Below, one piece after another: positions 45,986 through 54,069 of a stretch of DNA of 64,000 nucleotides (its first letter is position 1; each line of letters opens with the position of its first letter). Under the pieces are notes generated by a model. The model was not told the origin of the DNA, did not search any database, and worked only from the letters and a program-made list of their open reading frames with translations. The DNA is from Parcubacteria group bacterium (GTDB taxonomy: Bacteria > Patescibacteriota > Minisyncoccia > UBA10092). The position numbers and the translations under genes were made by a program. Location: positions 18,644 through 82,643 of the forward strand of contig JACPLW010000012.1 of the NCBI GenBank assembly GCA_016186325.1, read 5' to 3'.

Positions 45986-46047
45986 TTATGAAAGCGTTTT
46001 AGCATGGTTCCCCCGCAACTGCGGGGAATAAAACGCTTTCATCGGAC
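45986..46047. repeat. compound hairpin ATGAAAGCGTTTTA-[..CCCCCGCAACTGCGGGG..]-TAAAACGCTTTCAT then GTCCCGCgctgGCGGGACGAGCGCGCGAG
   Basis: 14-bp IR flanking the recurrent CCCGCAACTGCGGG core; related GTCCCGCG..GCGGGACGAGCG motif at 47585-47625. Confidence 0.6.
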
Positions 46048-46097
46048 AATGAGTCCCGCGCTGGCGGGACGAGCGCGCGAGAAAAATGATTTAAATT

Positions 46098-46604
46098 TTA
46101 ATTTTTTAATTCGTTATAATTCGGCAAATCTTCTAACTTATTTAAACCCAAATGTTTTAAAAAATCAAAAGATACCTTGTAAATATAAGAGCGGCCGTCT
46201 TCCGGATTATTTTTTTTCTCTACAAGGCCGCGAATGGCCAAGTTCTGTAAAATAAAGCTGCAATTGACGCCGCGTAAATTTTCAATTACCGCGCGGCTTA
46301 CTGGGCCGCGATAAGCAATAATCGCCAAAGTTTCCAAAGCGGCTTGGGATAGGTCTTCCTCAAAATCGCTCTTAATCAATTTTTTAACCGCTTCTTCCGA
46401 TTCCGGCGCCGTTACCAGCTGAACTTTATTATCGGAAAAAACCAAACGAAAGCCGCGATTGTTTGTTTCGTAATCGCTTGCTAATATGTTTAATTCATTT
46501 TCCAGTTCTTTTTCAGGAATCTCTAAAATTTCTGATAATTTTTTAAAACCGATAGGATGTCCGGAAGTAAACAACAAACTTTCTATTATTGAAATAAGAT
46601 TCAT
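46098..46604 (-). CDS. scpB: segregation and condensation protein B
   Basis: 168 aa; 'IIESLLF', 'AALETLAIIAYRGPVSRAVIENLRGV'. Confidence 0.85.
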   Translation of the reverse strand: MNLISIIESLLFTSGHPIGFKKLSEILEIPEKELENELNILASDYETNNRGFRLVFSDNKVQLVTAPESEEAVKKLIKSDFEEDLSQAALETLAIIAYRGPVSRAVIENLRGVNCSFILQNLAIRGLVEKKNNPEDGRSYIYKVSFDFLKHLGLNKLEDLPNYNELKN

Positions 46605-46702
46605 CCCGTTAGAAATTTAATAAAATTATAATTAACTAAATTATTATTAAGCAATTGTTTTTGCAATGCGATATTAAATGAGAAAAATAGATTTCTAACG
46701 GG
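46605..46702. mobile_element. 98-bp AT-rich cassette with TIRs CCCGTTAGAAAT/ATTTCTAACGGG between scpA stop and scpB start; ATGAAT duplicated on both sides
   Basis: Upstream ATGAAT contains scpA TGA stop; downstream ATGAAT is scpB M-N. Confidence 0.65.
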
Positions 46703-46704
46703 AT

Positions 46705-47508
46705 TCATAAATTATCGCTGACTTTTTTTACTTTAATCTCTCCGAATAATTTATCTTGGGAAATTTCTAAAACTCTTTTTCTAAAAAGCATTAAAATCGC
46801 AATAAACGCCAAAACAACATTAATCTTTTCTGCTTTTGAGGTCGAACCACTTGTGGTGAGCAAAGTCGAACCACTTGTGGTGAGCAAAGTCGAACCACTT
46901 GTGGTGAGCAAAGTCGAACCAGAAATTTCGTTAAATGACGCTTCGGCCGCCGTACTTACTCTGCCCATAAGTTCTTCAATTTTTTCTTCCAAACTCATTA
47001 TTCTAACAAGGCCTTTTTCTTCCAATTTTTCAATCTGGGGCAGAGTCTTTAAAAATAGTTCGTAGATGTTTTTGAGATCTTCTATCGTAATACTTTTAGG
47101 CGGATAGAAGGTGGTTTGTAGGTTTAAAAAGTATTCTCTTGAAAAATAAGAATTGCGGCCCTTTGTCCATTTTCCCAGCATCTTCGCCATTGTTTTGATT
47201 TCCTGATACGCCTTTAACCGATTTTGCAGGTCTTTTATATCATCTTCTTCTTCAACGCTTAAAACAAGATTGGGCAAAAGCGAACGCGATTTTATAAGAA
47301 TCAGGCGGCTTGCAACAACCAAAAAATCAGCAAGTATTCTTTGATACTCGCTAGATACATCGCTTTTTATTTTTTTTAGATATTCCAAAAACTGATCCGT
47401 AACCTGTGCCAAAGAAATTTCGCCTATGGCCATCTTTTTTTCTTCTATTAAAGAAATTAGAAGATCTAACGGACCGGTAAATTTTTCTAAACTGACTTTA
47501 TATTCCAT
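46705..47508 (-). CDS. scpA: segregation and condensation protein A
   Basis: 267 aa; 'FTGPLDLLISLIEEKK'; C-terminal region contains a tandem octapeptide repeat. Confidence 0.85.
   Translation of the reverse strand: MEYKVSLEKFTGPLDLLISLIEEKKMAIGEISLAQVTDQFLEYLKKIKSDVSSEYQRILADFLVVASRLILIKSRSLLPNLVLSVEEEDDIKDLQNRLKAYQEIKTMAKMLGKWTKGRNSYFSREYFLNLQTTFYPPKSITIEDLKNIYELFLKTLPQIEKLEEKGLVRIMSLEEKIEELMGRVSTAAEASFNEISGSTLLTTSGSTLLTTSGSTLLTTSGSTSKAEKINVVLAFIAILMLFRKRVLEISQDKLFGEIKVKKVSDNL
46841..46922. repeat. 24-bp tandem repeat x3.4 (GTCGAACCACTTGTGGTGAGCAAA) inside scpA, encoding (TTSGSTLL)x3
   Basis: Perfect copies at 46841, 46865, 46889 read directly. Confidence 0.85.
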
Positions 47509-47539
47509 AATTTATTGCTAGAAAAAATAATTACATATT

Positions 47540-47655
47540 TATTCTCTAAGCGGGTTATGAGCGCGAAGCGGGCATGGTGTCCCGCGAAGCGGGACGAGCG
47601 AGCGCGAATCCCTGAGCGAGCACGCTGGGCGAGCGAGGAAAGCGAGAGAATAAAT
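47540..47655. repeat. GC-rich repeat-laden intergenic block (GCGCGAAGCGGG, GTCCCGCgaaGCGGGACGAGCGAGCGCGAA, GAGCGAG repeats) bounded by IR TATTCTCT/AGAGAATA
   Basis: Between aspS stop and scpA start. Confidence 0.5.
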
Positions 47656-47678
47656 ATGGAATTATTGTTGTATTTTGA

Positions 47679-49121
47679 TTATTTTTTTACAGAAATATGT
47701 AATTCTTTTAACTGTTTTTCGTTAACTTCTGATGGTGCGCCCATCAGCAAATCTCTATCATCGCCGGTTTTGGGAAACGCAATAACTTCCCTAATTGACT
47801 GCTCATTCATTAAAATCATCATGAGCCGATCAAGCCCAAGCGCAATGCCCCCATGCGGTGGAGCGCCATATTCAAAAGCGCGAAGCATATGGCCAAAACG
47901 CGCCTCAATGTCTTTTTTCTCAACTCCTAAAACTTCAAACATTTTATTTTGCAATTCTCTTTTATGGATTCTGATGCTTCCACCGCCTATTTCACTGCCA
48001 TTCAAAACCAAGTCATATGCTTTTGCTTTTAATTTTTCCGGATGAGTCATGTCGATATCAGCGGGTTTGCCCGCCAAAATTTCTTCGAAATTTCCGGCGG
48101 GCGCAGTAAACGGATGGTGCGATGAAACCCATTTTTTTTCGGTTTTGGAATATTCCAATAACGGCATATTCACTACCCAGGCGAAAGCCAATTCATCGGG
48201 ATTATTTTTACCTGCCCCGTAGGGTCGCGAAGCGACTCCTTCGGGGTCTTCGCGCAAATCCGGTTTATCGGAATTATATCTTGCCATTACTTCATCATAA
48301 TCCATTCTCGGAAACGGCTTCTTCCAAATTTTCTTTTCTGGAAAAATTGTTTCAACAAGTTTAATCATCATTCCTTCAATCAAATCCAAGACGTCGTCTT
48401 CCTCAACAAAACTCATTTCAACATCAAGCTGGGTAAATTCCGGCTGGCGGTCTCCCCTGCTATCTTCATCTCTAAAACAGCGAGCAATTTGAAAATATCT
48501 CTCCAAACCGGCGACCATTAAAAGCTGTTTGAATTGCTGGGGCGACTGGGGTAAAACATAAAAATTACCCGGGTGCTTTCTGGAAGGCACAACAAATTCC
48601 CGCGCTCCTTCGGGCGTGCCCTTGGTTAAATCCGGTGTTTCAACTTCTATAAATTTTTGTTCTTTTAGATAATTATTTAAAAATCTTAAAACTTCAGAGC
48701 GCTTCGTTAAGTTTTTCTGCATTTTTGGGTCGCGCAAATCAAGATAGCGATATTCCATCCGCAACTCCTCCCCTACTTTATCTTTTTCTCCAATTTCAAA
48801 AGGTGGAGTTTTGGCCTCATTTAAAACTTCCAGTTCTTCGGCGGCAAGTTCAATTTCGCCGGTTTCCAGTTTTGGGTTTTTCAGATTTTCCGGCCGCTCT
48901 TTTACCGTGCCTTCAATTGAAACAACCCACTCGGAGCGAAGCTGGTCGGCTTGTTTTCGCAAATCTTCGTTTCCTGCAAAAACAACCTGGAGCAAGCCGG
49001 AGCGGTCTCTTAAATCAATAAAAATAATCTTGCCGTGGTCGCGGCGCACATGAACCCAGCCGGAAACCTTAACCTTCTCTCCCACTTTTGAAATTGTTTC
49101 GTTTATAAATATGCGTTTCAT
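47679..49121 (-). CDS. aspS: aspartyl-tRNA synthetase (short, non-GAD type)
   Basis: 480 aa; OB fold, motif 2 'FRDEDSRGDRQPEFTQLDVEMSF', motif 3 'GGIALGLDRLMMIL'. Confidence 0.9.
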   Translation of the reverse strand: MKRIFINETISKVGEKVKVSGWVHVRRDHGKIIFIDLRDRSGLLQVVFAGNEDLRKQADQLRSEWVVSIEGTVKERPENLKNPKLETGEIELAAEELEVLNEAKTPPFEIGEKDKVGEELRMEYRYLDLRDPKMQKNLTKRSEVLRFLNNYLKEQKFIEVETPDLTKGTPEGAREFVVPSRKHPGNFYVLPQSPQQFKQLLMVAGLERYFQIARCFRDEDSRGDRQPEFTQLDVEMSFVEEDDVLDLIEGMMIKLVETIFPEKKIWKKPFPRMDYDEVMARYNSDKPDLREDPEGVASRPYGAGKNNPDELAFAWVVNMPLLEYSKTEKKWVSSHHPFTAPAGNFEEILAGKPADIDMTHPEKLKAKAYDLVLNGSEIGGGSIRIHKRELQNKMFEVLGVEKKDIEARFGHMLRAFEYGAPPHGGIALGLDRLMMILMNEQSIREVIAFPKTGDDRDLLMGAPSEVNEKQLKELHISVKK

Positions 49122-49218
49122 CCCGTTAGAAATTTATTTAAATAAATAATGTTAATTTTTAATCAATATCCGACATTTGGCATATCCCGCAGACTAATAT
49201 TTATAGATTTCTAACGGG
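49122..49218. mobile_element. 97-bp AT-rich cassette with TIRs CCCGTTAGAAAT/ATTTCTAACGGG abutting aspS start; ATGAA duplicated
   Basis: Read directly. Confidence 0.6.
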
Positions 49219-49268
49219 ATTCATAATAGACAAATTCTACCATATCAAATAATAAAAATTCAAATCGC

Positions 49269-49296
49269 TTGACAAAAAACCAAAAGATTGTAACAT
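49269..49296 (+). promoter_or_regulatory. promoter TTGACA-N16-TAACAT then SD TAAGGAGG for 49347 gene
   Basis: Read directly. Confidence 0.5.
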
Positions 49297-49346
49297 AGAA
49301 CCCGTCGATAGTAGGTCCCTTCACAATTAAAGTTAAGGAGGCGGTA

Positions 49347-50318
49347 ATGAATAAATTCACAGCGTATTTCTTTCTGTTTGTTACCCTACTTCTGCCAAAT
49401 CTCACGCAAGCCAGCTCTTTTGATGCAAAAATCGAGTTTAGCAACGCTAAAAAACTTTGTCTCGCAAAGCTCGGGGAAGATAACCTAAATCAATGGGAAA
49501 AAATCACCCTTGAGGACGGTACAATCATTGTCTGTGGAAAAGGTGAGAAAACGCCGTGGAGTGAGACAACCGGCCCAGAAATTACGGTACTTACTGAAAC
49601 CGGAGGTCGTACCTGCGCCTCAACGGCTTATAACCTCTCTGGAAATTTGCAGACCCTTGGCATATCTGCCGGAGAAACCGCGAGAACACTCATTGTCATT
49701 ATGGGTAGTGTTCTTGAAAAGATGAAGGAAACCGGTAGGTATGATTACGAAATTACTGACGCGCTTTTCCGCCAAATAAACGAACTTCTGCCGTCTCTTG
49801 ATTGGATAGTCAAAGACAGCGGCTGGTATATTTTGGGTGAAGCAGATAGTGCGCTCTCGCGGCTCTCATACATGGGACGTCTTTACGGCAAGCGTTACGG
49901 CATGCAAGTCATATCACTTTTCAACCAACTCATAGTAGATGGCAATGCGCGCTACCGAGATAACGAAGCGTGGTCGTTGTATTATAGAAAAGAAATCCTA
50001 AAGAATTTATACTATGCGATTAACGGCCTGATTCTTATTTCGGATACATTGCCGGACTGGGAAAAACCCACAAAACAGGAAATGAAAGAACTTGCCAAGA
50101 CATACCTTGAGTTTATAAAAGCTTACCCAGAAAAACACGGCTGGCTTTCAAAAAAAGAAATAGAAGTATTGGCCGATACCGACCCAGACATTCTTGCGGA
50201 AATTAGGAAGCTGGAAACGAAACGTGAAGAGACGGCTAACCTGAAAAACGTTACGGAAGAAGCAGAAAAAGAGTGGCAGAAAAAACAACCGGACATCATT
50301 GATACCGTTGAAAATTAA
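49347..50318 (+). CDS. secreted hypothetical protein (323 aa), visibly higher GC than neighbours
   Basis: Signal peptide 'MNKFTAYFFLFVTLLLPNLTQASS'; canonical SD; terminator hairpin AACCGCCTCGCAAGGCGGTT follows. Confidence 0.55.
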   Translation: MNKFTAYFFLFVTLLLPNLTQASSFDAKIEFSNAKKLCLAKLGEDNLNQWEKITLEDGTIIVCGKGEKTPWSETTGPEITVLTETGGRTCASTAYNLSGNLQTLGISAGETARTLIVIMGSVLEKMKETGRYDYEITDALFRQINELLPSLDWIVKDSGWYILGEADSALSRLSYMGRLYGKRYGMQVISLFNQLIVDGNARYRDNEAWSLYYRKEILKNLYYAINGLILISDTLPDWEKPTKQEMKELAKTYLEFIKAYPEKHGWLSKKEIEVLADTDPDILAEIRKLETKREETANLKNVTEEAEKEWQKKQPDIIDTVEN

Positions 50319-50326
50319 ATTTAAAA

Positions 50327-50352
50327 AAATAACCGCCTCGCAAGGCGGTTTA
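50327..50352 (+). terminator. hairpin AACCGCCTCGCAAGGCGGTT + TATCTT
   Basis: Read directly; weak T tract. Confidence 0.45.
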
Positions 50353-50521
50353 TCTTATGTACCTAAACTATCAAGAAGCTTTCTTAACCAGCTCTCATCT
50401 TCGGCCTTCTTTTTGTTAAACAGTAGTTACTTCACCCTCTGTAAATTTTCTATCACAATTATCGCAAGCGGTTTTATCGCCCCCATATCCTTCCAAGTCC
50501 TCGTAGTCCATTTTTTCCTCC

Positions 50522-51022
50522 TTACCGCTCCTCAAACTGTCTGCCAACGATATTTTCCGGATGCTCTTTATTAAAAAGCTTTTCACTGTCACAAAGTAAA
50601 TAAACATTCGCTATCCCAGCTTCAATCATCTTATCCCAACAATCCTTACAACACCACCAATGGCCCCAGAGATAAAGATCGGCATCGATCGTTTCATCAA
50701 CTCTTTGTCGCTTAACATCTGCGATCGCCTTTGCTTCGCTGTGATTTTTAGGATGACAACCTTCACATAATTCGTAACCCTCGCCGCTCTTACAACCCAA
50801 AAGTACTCTCTGGCATTGATGCTTTTTATGATAATCGCTGCCGTTTGCTCCCATGCCAATCATTACATTGTTTTTAACAATAACCGCCGCTCCGGGCATC
50901 GTTTTATCCAGCGAATACCTTTTAGCAAACATCCGCACACACGCCATATATTTGTCATCGTCGGACACGTATCTTATTTCTTTTCCTTCAGGTAAATATG
51001 GATATTGAATTTTATTTTCCAT
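50522..51022 (-). CDS. CMP/dCMP deaminase family zinc-binding protein
   Basis: 166 aa; 'HSEAKAI' (H.E), 'CKDCWDKM' (C..C). Confidence 0.75.
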   Translation of the reverse strand: MENKIQYPYLPEGKEIRYVSDDDKYMACVRMFAKRYSLDKTMPGAAVIVKNNVMIGMGANGSDYHKKHQCQRVLLGCKSGEGYELCEGCHPKNHSEAKAIADVKRQRVDETIDADLYLWGHWWCCKDCWDKMIEAGIANVYLLCDSEKLFNKEHPENIVGRQFEER

Positions 51023-51112
51023 TAGCTGATCCTTCTCATTGAAATAAAAAAGAACTAGTATTAAAATACTACAATATGACGACGTCTTGACACAATAAGA
51101 AATTTTGTGTCT

Positions 51113-52199
51113 TTATTTTTTTAACTCTGCTTCTATAAATTCGTCTAAATCGCCGTCTAAAACTTTTTCAACTTGGGAAGTTTCATAATCGGTGCGATGG
51201 TCTTTTACCATTTGATAAGGATGAAACACATAGGAACGGATTTGGGCACCCCATTCGGCTGATTTTTTAATTTTTTTAACTTTAGCTAATTCCACTTCTT
51301 CTTTCTTTATTTGTAGCGCGTGAAGCTTGGAAGCTAAAAGCTGCATGGCTTTATCGTGATTTTTCGATTGGGAACGTTCTGTTTGGACAGCCACGGCAAT
51401 TCCGGTTGGTAAATGAGTAATTCTGACCGCTGTCTCGCGCTTATTTACGTTTTGCCCGCCGGCACCGGAAGATCGGAATGTATCAACTCTTAAGTCCTCT
51501 GTCTTTATATTAATATCTTTAGATTCAATTTCAGGCACTACTTCCAAAGCGGCAAAAGAAGTGTGGCGCAATTTATTTGGTGAAAATGGAGAAATCCTCA
51601 CGAGGCGATGAACACCGGCTTCATTTTTTAAATACCCGTAAGCGTAAGAACCGCGCACTTCAATAGTGGCGCTTTTTACTCCGCCTTCTTCACCTAAAGA
51701 TTCGCTAAGAATGCCGGATTCCCATCCTCGAGATTCCACAAACCGGCTGTACATTCTTAGTAACATCGATGCCCAATCTTGGGCATCGCGGCCTCCAACT
51801 CCTGCCGAAATTGTTAGAATGGCGTTATTTTTATCGTATTTTCCAGAAAGAAAAACTTGAAGTTCCGCTTTAGAAAATCTTGCTTCAAGAGCGGCAAATT
51901 TTTCCGCAGTTTCGTTTAAAAGTTTTTTGTCGGATTCTTTTTCTCCCAAAGTGGCAAGTTCCAAAATTTCAACGGCTTCGGTTTCAAAATCGCTCCAAGC
52001 GTGGATTTCTTTTTCAAGTTCCGAAATTTCTTTTTGAACCAATTTGGCTTTATCCTGATTTTTCCAAAAATCAGATTTTTCGGTTTCTTTTTTTAATTCT
52101 TCAATCCTGGATTTCTTTCCGGGTAAATCAAAGACGGTCCGCAGTAATGCGGGATTTAGTGAGTAATCCTTGAATTTTTTCTTTTAAGTTCTCTATCAT
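51113..52199 (-). CDS. prfB: peptide chain release factor 2 with programmed +1 frameshift
   Basis: Frame 0: MIENLKEKIQGLLTKSRITADRL then CTT-TGA-T (plus 52128-52133); +1 frame continues DLPGKKSRIEELKKE.. into the 309-aa ORF containing 'GGQNVNK'. Confidence 0.85.
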
Positions 52200-52295
52200 A
52201 TTGCAATTATATTATCACAAAATTGATAAAATTACAAATAATGGTTCGGCTTCTTTCAACTCCACTCAGAACAAGTTACTCACCACAAATAAAAT

Positions 52296-52330
52296 CCCTC
52301 CCGCAATGCGGGAGGGATTTTATTTAAAAT
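52296..52330. terminator. bidirectional terminator TCCCTCCCGC aat GCGGGAGGGA flanked by A/T runs
   Basis: Read directly. Confidence 0.7.
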
Positions 52331-52339
52331 ATCTTGTTA

Positions 52340-53128
52340 TTACTTTGCCCAAATGACAAATGTGAAGAGTTTTTCACCGTTGCCGAGATTTCGCTCGTAT
52401 AGAGAATTATTGCCTCGCGCGTCTTGTTTCACTGCCTTGCCCCAAGCTGACGGGTCGTTAAGGTCTATATCCTGACCGACAGTTGCGGGCTTACCATTGC
52501 CTCCGCCGTCAACTGAAAAAAGAGCTGTATCAAAGCCGTCTAGATGGGCGTAGATTTCTGCGAGCTCATCATAATCGTGCTGATTCGGATGTTGGTTGGT
52601 TGACGGATCACTGGTGTAATCCATGCAAGTGCCGAGATTGGGATTGTCAAAAATTTCATCCTGATGGTCAAGCCCCAAAGTGTGGCCGACTTCCTGGCAC
52701 ATGACTAAATTTCTCCATTCCGGAGTATTGTAGGTGGCAGTATTAAAATAAGAATCATTTACTTTTACCGCACCTTTAGTTATATGCTCGCCATTTACCC
52801 AAATCTGGGCAACGCCGAGCCAGCCATTAAATCCATATTTTTCACTGCACACTTCTACCCTGCCGGTGGTTGCCTTGCAGGTGCGCGGCTTTGTTTTGCC
52901 CAAATCAACAACGGTATCAAGAACGTCAGAAATACTCCAATCGCTTGCAGTTGTTGCAAGATAGCTGTCCCATGCCAAAGAAACATTATCGCCGAGTTTC
53001 AATGTGAACGGATTTGAAGTGCGCGCCCAGTGGTATCCATTCCAAGAATGAGTTGCGCTTACAACTGACACCGCAACAAAAACTGCCACAAGAACCGAAA
53101 AGACTATTACATATTTTCTTATATTCAT
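52340..53128 (-). CDS. secreted zinc metalloprotease (metzincin-type HExxHxxGxxH)
   Basis: 262 aa; signal peptide; 'MCQEVGHTLGLDHQDE'; higher GC than genome. Confidence 0.7.
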   Translation of the reverse strand: MNIRKYVIVFSVLVAVFVAVSVVSATHSWNGYHWARTSNPFTLKLGDNVSLAWDSYLATTASDWSISDVLDTVVDLGKTKPRTCKATTGRVEVCSEKYGFNGWLGVAQIWVNGEHITKGAVKVNDSYFNTATYNTPEWRNLVMCQEVGHTLGLDHQDEIFDNPNLGTCMDYTSDPSTNQHPNQHDYDELAEIYAHLDGFDTALFSVDGGGNGKPATVGQDIDLNDPSAWGKAVKQDARGNNSLYERNLGNGEKLFTFVIWAK

Positions 53129-53202
53129 AATAATTTATTTAATTTAATTACATAATAATATTAAAAAGAAAGACTGTCAAAAATGGGAAAGTCTAATCTT
53201 AG

Positions 53203-53274
53203 AGCCGCCCCTCGGAATCGAACCGAGGACCTACTGTTTACGAAACAGTTGCTCTACCACTGAGCTAGGGCGGC
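53203..53274 (-). tRNA. tRNA-Thr (anticodon CGT)
   Basis: Minus fold: GCCGCCC/GGGCGGC acceptor, D-arm GCTCAGTGGTAGAGC, anticodon loop UU-CGU-AA, T-arm CTCGGTTCGATTCCGAG. Confidence 0.85.
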
Positions 53275-53277
53275 ATA

Positions 53278-53348
53278 AGCGGGTAAGGAGAATCGGACTC
53301 CTGTCTCAACCTTGGGAAGGTCGTATACTACCATTGTACTATACCCGC
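53278..53348 (-). tRNA. tRNA-Gly (anticodon CCC)
   Basis: Minus fold: GCGGGTA/TACCCGC acceptor, anticodon loop UU-CCC-AA, T-arm AGGAGTCCGATTCTCCT. Confidence 0.8.
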
Positions 53349-53520
53349 CTTCGCCCTCCGAAGCTAAAGCTTCTGCGGGCTACGGCGGGCAAAGCCCGCT
53401 ATAACCCATTTTAGCGAAGGAGGGTTCGTCCCGCCTCGGCGGGGCTTCGGTCGCACGCCGCCATAGCTTTGGCGACGGCGCGCGGACAAGCCCGCTAAGA
53501 TCACGAAGGCGAGATTTTCA
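53349..53520. repeat. GC-rich block of nested hairpins upstream of tRNA-Gly/Thr (GCCCTCCGAAGC..GCGAAGGAGGG, GGGCTACGGCGGGCAAAGCCC, CCCGCCTCGGCGGGG)
   Basis: Shares motifs with 27070-27130 family. Confidence 0.5.
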
Positions 53521-53523
53521 ATT

Positions 53524-53934
53524 TTATTTACCGAAAAAATAATACCACCATTGTTTGTAATTAGGTAAGTTTGTGTTGCTAACGGGCGATGCGGAGATTG
53601 TTTCACTGCCCGACGACGTTGCGGCGGTCGGCAAAATGACAACAACTTTCTCACCTTCTTTTTTATAATTTAACCTCACCCGCGCTTCTTTTTCTAAATT
53701 TGAAGAGCTCTTATAATAATCGAGTAATTTATCCATATCTTCTTTTTGTTTATTAAGACTCATAATTTCCGCGTTGAGCCGATCCAGGTCTATTTTAACT
53801 TGATAGCGGTGATAAAGGTTCTGAAAAATACCGATAATTAACGCGATTGAAATCGGAACAAGAAAAATAAAAAATATCTTTGATTTTATAAGACGCTTAT
53901 AAATTGAAATATTGTCTTTTTCTATTATTTTCAT
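53524..53934 (-). CDS. septum formation initiator FtsB/DivIC-like
   Basis: 136 aa; TM, coiled coil, 'EKEARVRLNYKKEGEKVVVI'. Confidence 0.6.
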   Translation of the reverse strand: MKIIEKDNISIYKRLIKSKIFFIFLVPISIALIIGIFQNLYHRYQVKIDLDRLNAEIMSLNKQKEDMDKLLDYYKSSSNLEKEARVRLNYKKEGEKVVVILPTAATSSGSETISASPVSNTNLPNYKQWWYYFFGK

Positions 53935-53935
53935 T

Positions 53936-54069
53936 ATCCCCCACCCTTTGTGGATTTGCTTTATTAATTATAAATTTGTATAATTCAAGTCAACCGTTTT
54001 ATTTATTAGATTTTTTAAGAGATAGTATAACTACTAAGCAATTATAATTATCCACAAAGGGTGGGGGAT
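53936..54069. mobile_element. 134-bp miniature element: 20-bp perfect TIRs ATCCCCCACCCTTTGTGGAT/ATCCACAAAGGGTGGGGGAT around ~95 bp AT-rich core; outer 13 bp identical to the GIY-YIG cassette TIR
   Basis: Read directly; abuts the ftsB-like start codon. Confidence 0.55.

Noticed and set aside
46841-46922. Tandem repeats examined as possible CRISPR array (also 24924-25041 and 12161-12213)
   Set aside because: Repeats are directly adjacent with no unique spacers, and two of the three are inside coding sequence. They are not CRISPR.
50416-50607. 63-aa ORF overlapping the dCMP deaminase gene; internal 31-aa CxxC peptide (MDYEDLEGYGGDKTACDNCDRK...)
   Set aside because: It overlaps a well-supported gene in another frame. 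The short version is too small to support without comparative evidence.
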